In this document: piece by piece, positions 63,181 through 64,000 of the stretch
How positions within the stretch are numbered: position 1 is the first letter of the stretch
Layout: each line of letters begins with the position of its first letter
Assembly: GCF_000143415.4 (NCBI RefSeq)
Contig: NW_003314393.1
Coordinates: 26,199-90,198, forward strand
DNA: 64,000 nt
Direction: 5' to 3'
Source: Selaginella moellendorffii
Lineage: Eukaryota; Plantae; Lycopodiophyta
Notes under the pieces: model-generated
Seen by the model: the letters and a program-made list of their open reading frames with translations, nothing else
The model's database searches: none
What the model was told of the DNA's origin: nothing
Made by a program: the position numbers and the translations under genes

Positions 63181-63611
63181 GATGGCATGTATTTATTTAA
63201 AAATGTAACTTATTATGGCATGGGGTTCCATGCCATTGTATTAATATTAAAAGACAATTCTTTGAGAGGATTTGCATTATACTAGAAGTGTTACAGCATG
63301 TTATTGGAAGTCTACGAAGTTGTTTTATTAATAAGGGGAAAGTAAAGATTGAATGGGGACTTGGGCTCCACCTAGACTCGGAGCAGCTGAGCCAATATTA
63401 AAAGGATGGAAAGAAATTGGACGACGATGACAAGGAGAAGAGAGAGGTGAAGCAGTGAGAAGTGATTGAGTAGACATTTCCTTGTTTAAAATAAAATGGC
63501 ATGTGCCTCAATGCAGTTGAATTTTGTTATATTTATATACTATATAAAGGTTTGGAAACCTTATTTTACAAGTGGGATAATGACAATTCCCACTTTAACG
63601 AAATAGAGCTT

Positions 63612-64000
63612 AATCCAGGTATGCTCACCCTATAATCCCATACACCGGGATTACGTTGTTGCTTACGGGCCTTTGCATGCCCATTGCTAGCCTTGCCAAA
63701 ATTCCATTTTTGGCTTTGTCCAATTCGAGTAGACAGTCTTCTCCTGCCTCCGCCACTTTGGACATTTGGATAGCACCTACTATCCATCATTCGCTAAGGA
63801 CTTAGTCCCTTGGGCCTTATCTACTACCCTCGCGACATCAAACACCACCTCCTAGTGTTCTAGAGTGTTCGGGTGTCCCAATGACGGCTTCCTTGACAAT
63901 GAGTATTTCCTTTTATGACATTGACTTACTATATCGCAACATAAGCAACTTATCCCCCGTAAGGGTATATCCAACTTCGCTCCTCCGAACGAAAGCCAAG
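63612..64000 (-). mobile_element. Diverged internal fragment of the 3712-10905 LTR-element family
   Basis: Aligns with ~7672-8040 (aatccaggtatgctcaccctataatccca... vs aatccgggtatgctcaccttataatccca...). Confidence 0.88.

Larger units (their letters stand above)
49667..63517. repeat. Dispersed 22-bp palindrome family ATGGCRTG-N6-CAYGCCAT (about 28 copies per element)
   Basis: Copy-3 start positions: 49667, 49983, 50072, 50661, 50821, 50967, 52808, 52865, 54711, 54781, 54879, 55602, 56451, 56530, 56689, 56824, 57603, 57680, 57740, 59017, 60489, 60630, 60821, 62062, 62138, 63215, 63496, plus half-sites near 55500-55550. Orthologous sites occur in copies 1 and 2. Confidence 0.95.
49441..63611. 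mobile_element. Sola-like DNA transposon, copy 3 (14,171 bp, most intact)
   Basis: Perfect 24-bp TIRs (49441-49464, 63588-63611). Intact transposase ORF; cargo gene with one stop. Flanks CAAT and AATC do not give a 4-bp TSD. Confidence 0.95.

Noticed and set aside
49667-63517. Palindromic repeats as a CRISPR array or bacterial REP elements
   Set aside because: Spacing is irregular (tens to thousands of bp), there are no uniform spacers and no cas or RAYT genes, and the context is eukaryotic with spliceosomal introns.
242-63611. Simple tandem segmental duplication or collapsed assembly
   Set aside because: Similarity stops exactly at the TIRs, the flanks differ, and each copy has private SNPs and indels.
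27521-63613. TTAA TSD making copies 2-3 one composite (piggyBac/Sola3-like) element
   Set aside because: Defining the ends as AAGCTC...GAGCTT gives copy 2 its own TCTT duplication and restores the interrupted reading frame. The TTAA matches overlap the TIR bases, and the outer flanks are unrelated.
49438-63614. 3-bp TSD AAT for copy 3
   Set aside because: The right flank is mid-retroelement sequence whose expected upstream neighbour is not on the left, and copy 2 shows a 4-bp TSD. Probably chance.

Overview
Gene-free, heavily nested transposon DNA from a land plant. TTTAGGG repeats, 47-57 nt introns and a chromodomain Ty3/Gypsy suggest a seed-free plant (inference). The window is dominated by three same-orientation copies (242-18936, 27523-41098, 49441-63611) of one ~14-kb DNA transposon with perfect 24-bp TIRs (AAGCTCTATTTCGTTAAAGTGGGA) and a 4-bp TSD (TCTT, copy 2). 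Each copy carries two divergent genes. The first is a ~1030-aa Sola-type DDD transposase (minus strand, intact only in copy 3). The second is an 11-exon plus-strand gene that I can splice by hand into a ~1636-aa protein: ParB/Srx-like domain, degenerate beta-class DNA methyltransferase fold, basic/acidic linker, FCP1/NIF-type HAD domain. The element is studded with about 28 copies of a 22-bp palindrome (ATGGCRTG-N6-CAYGCCAT) in its introns, intergenic DNA and even exons; I did not see it outside the element. This suggests a cargo protein plus cognate-site system (ParB/parS-like, or VANC-like anti-silencing). Copy 2 is inserted into an older, decayed element that pairs a MULE/SWIM-type transposase with another ParB-methyltransferase gene. 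Also present: a very young non-coding LTR retroelement (3712-10905), a solo LTR and fragments of its family, a chromovirus 3' end and a decayed L1-type LINE. Domain calls come from motif recognition by eye, not database searches.
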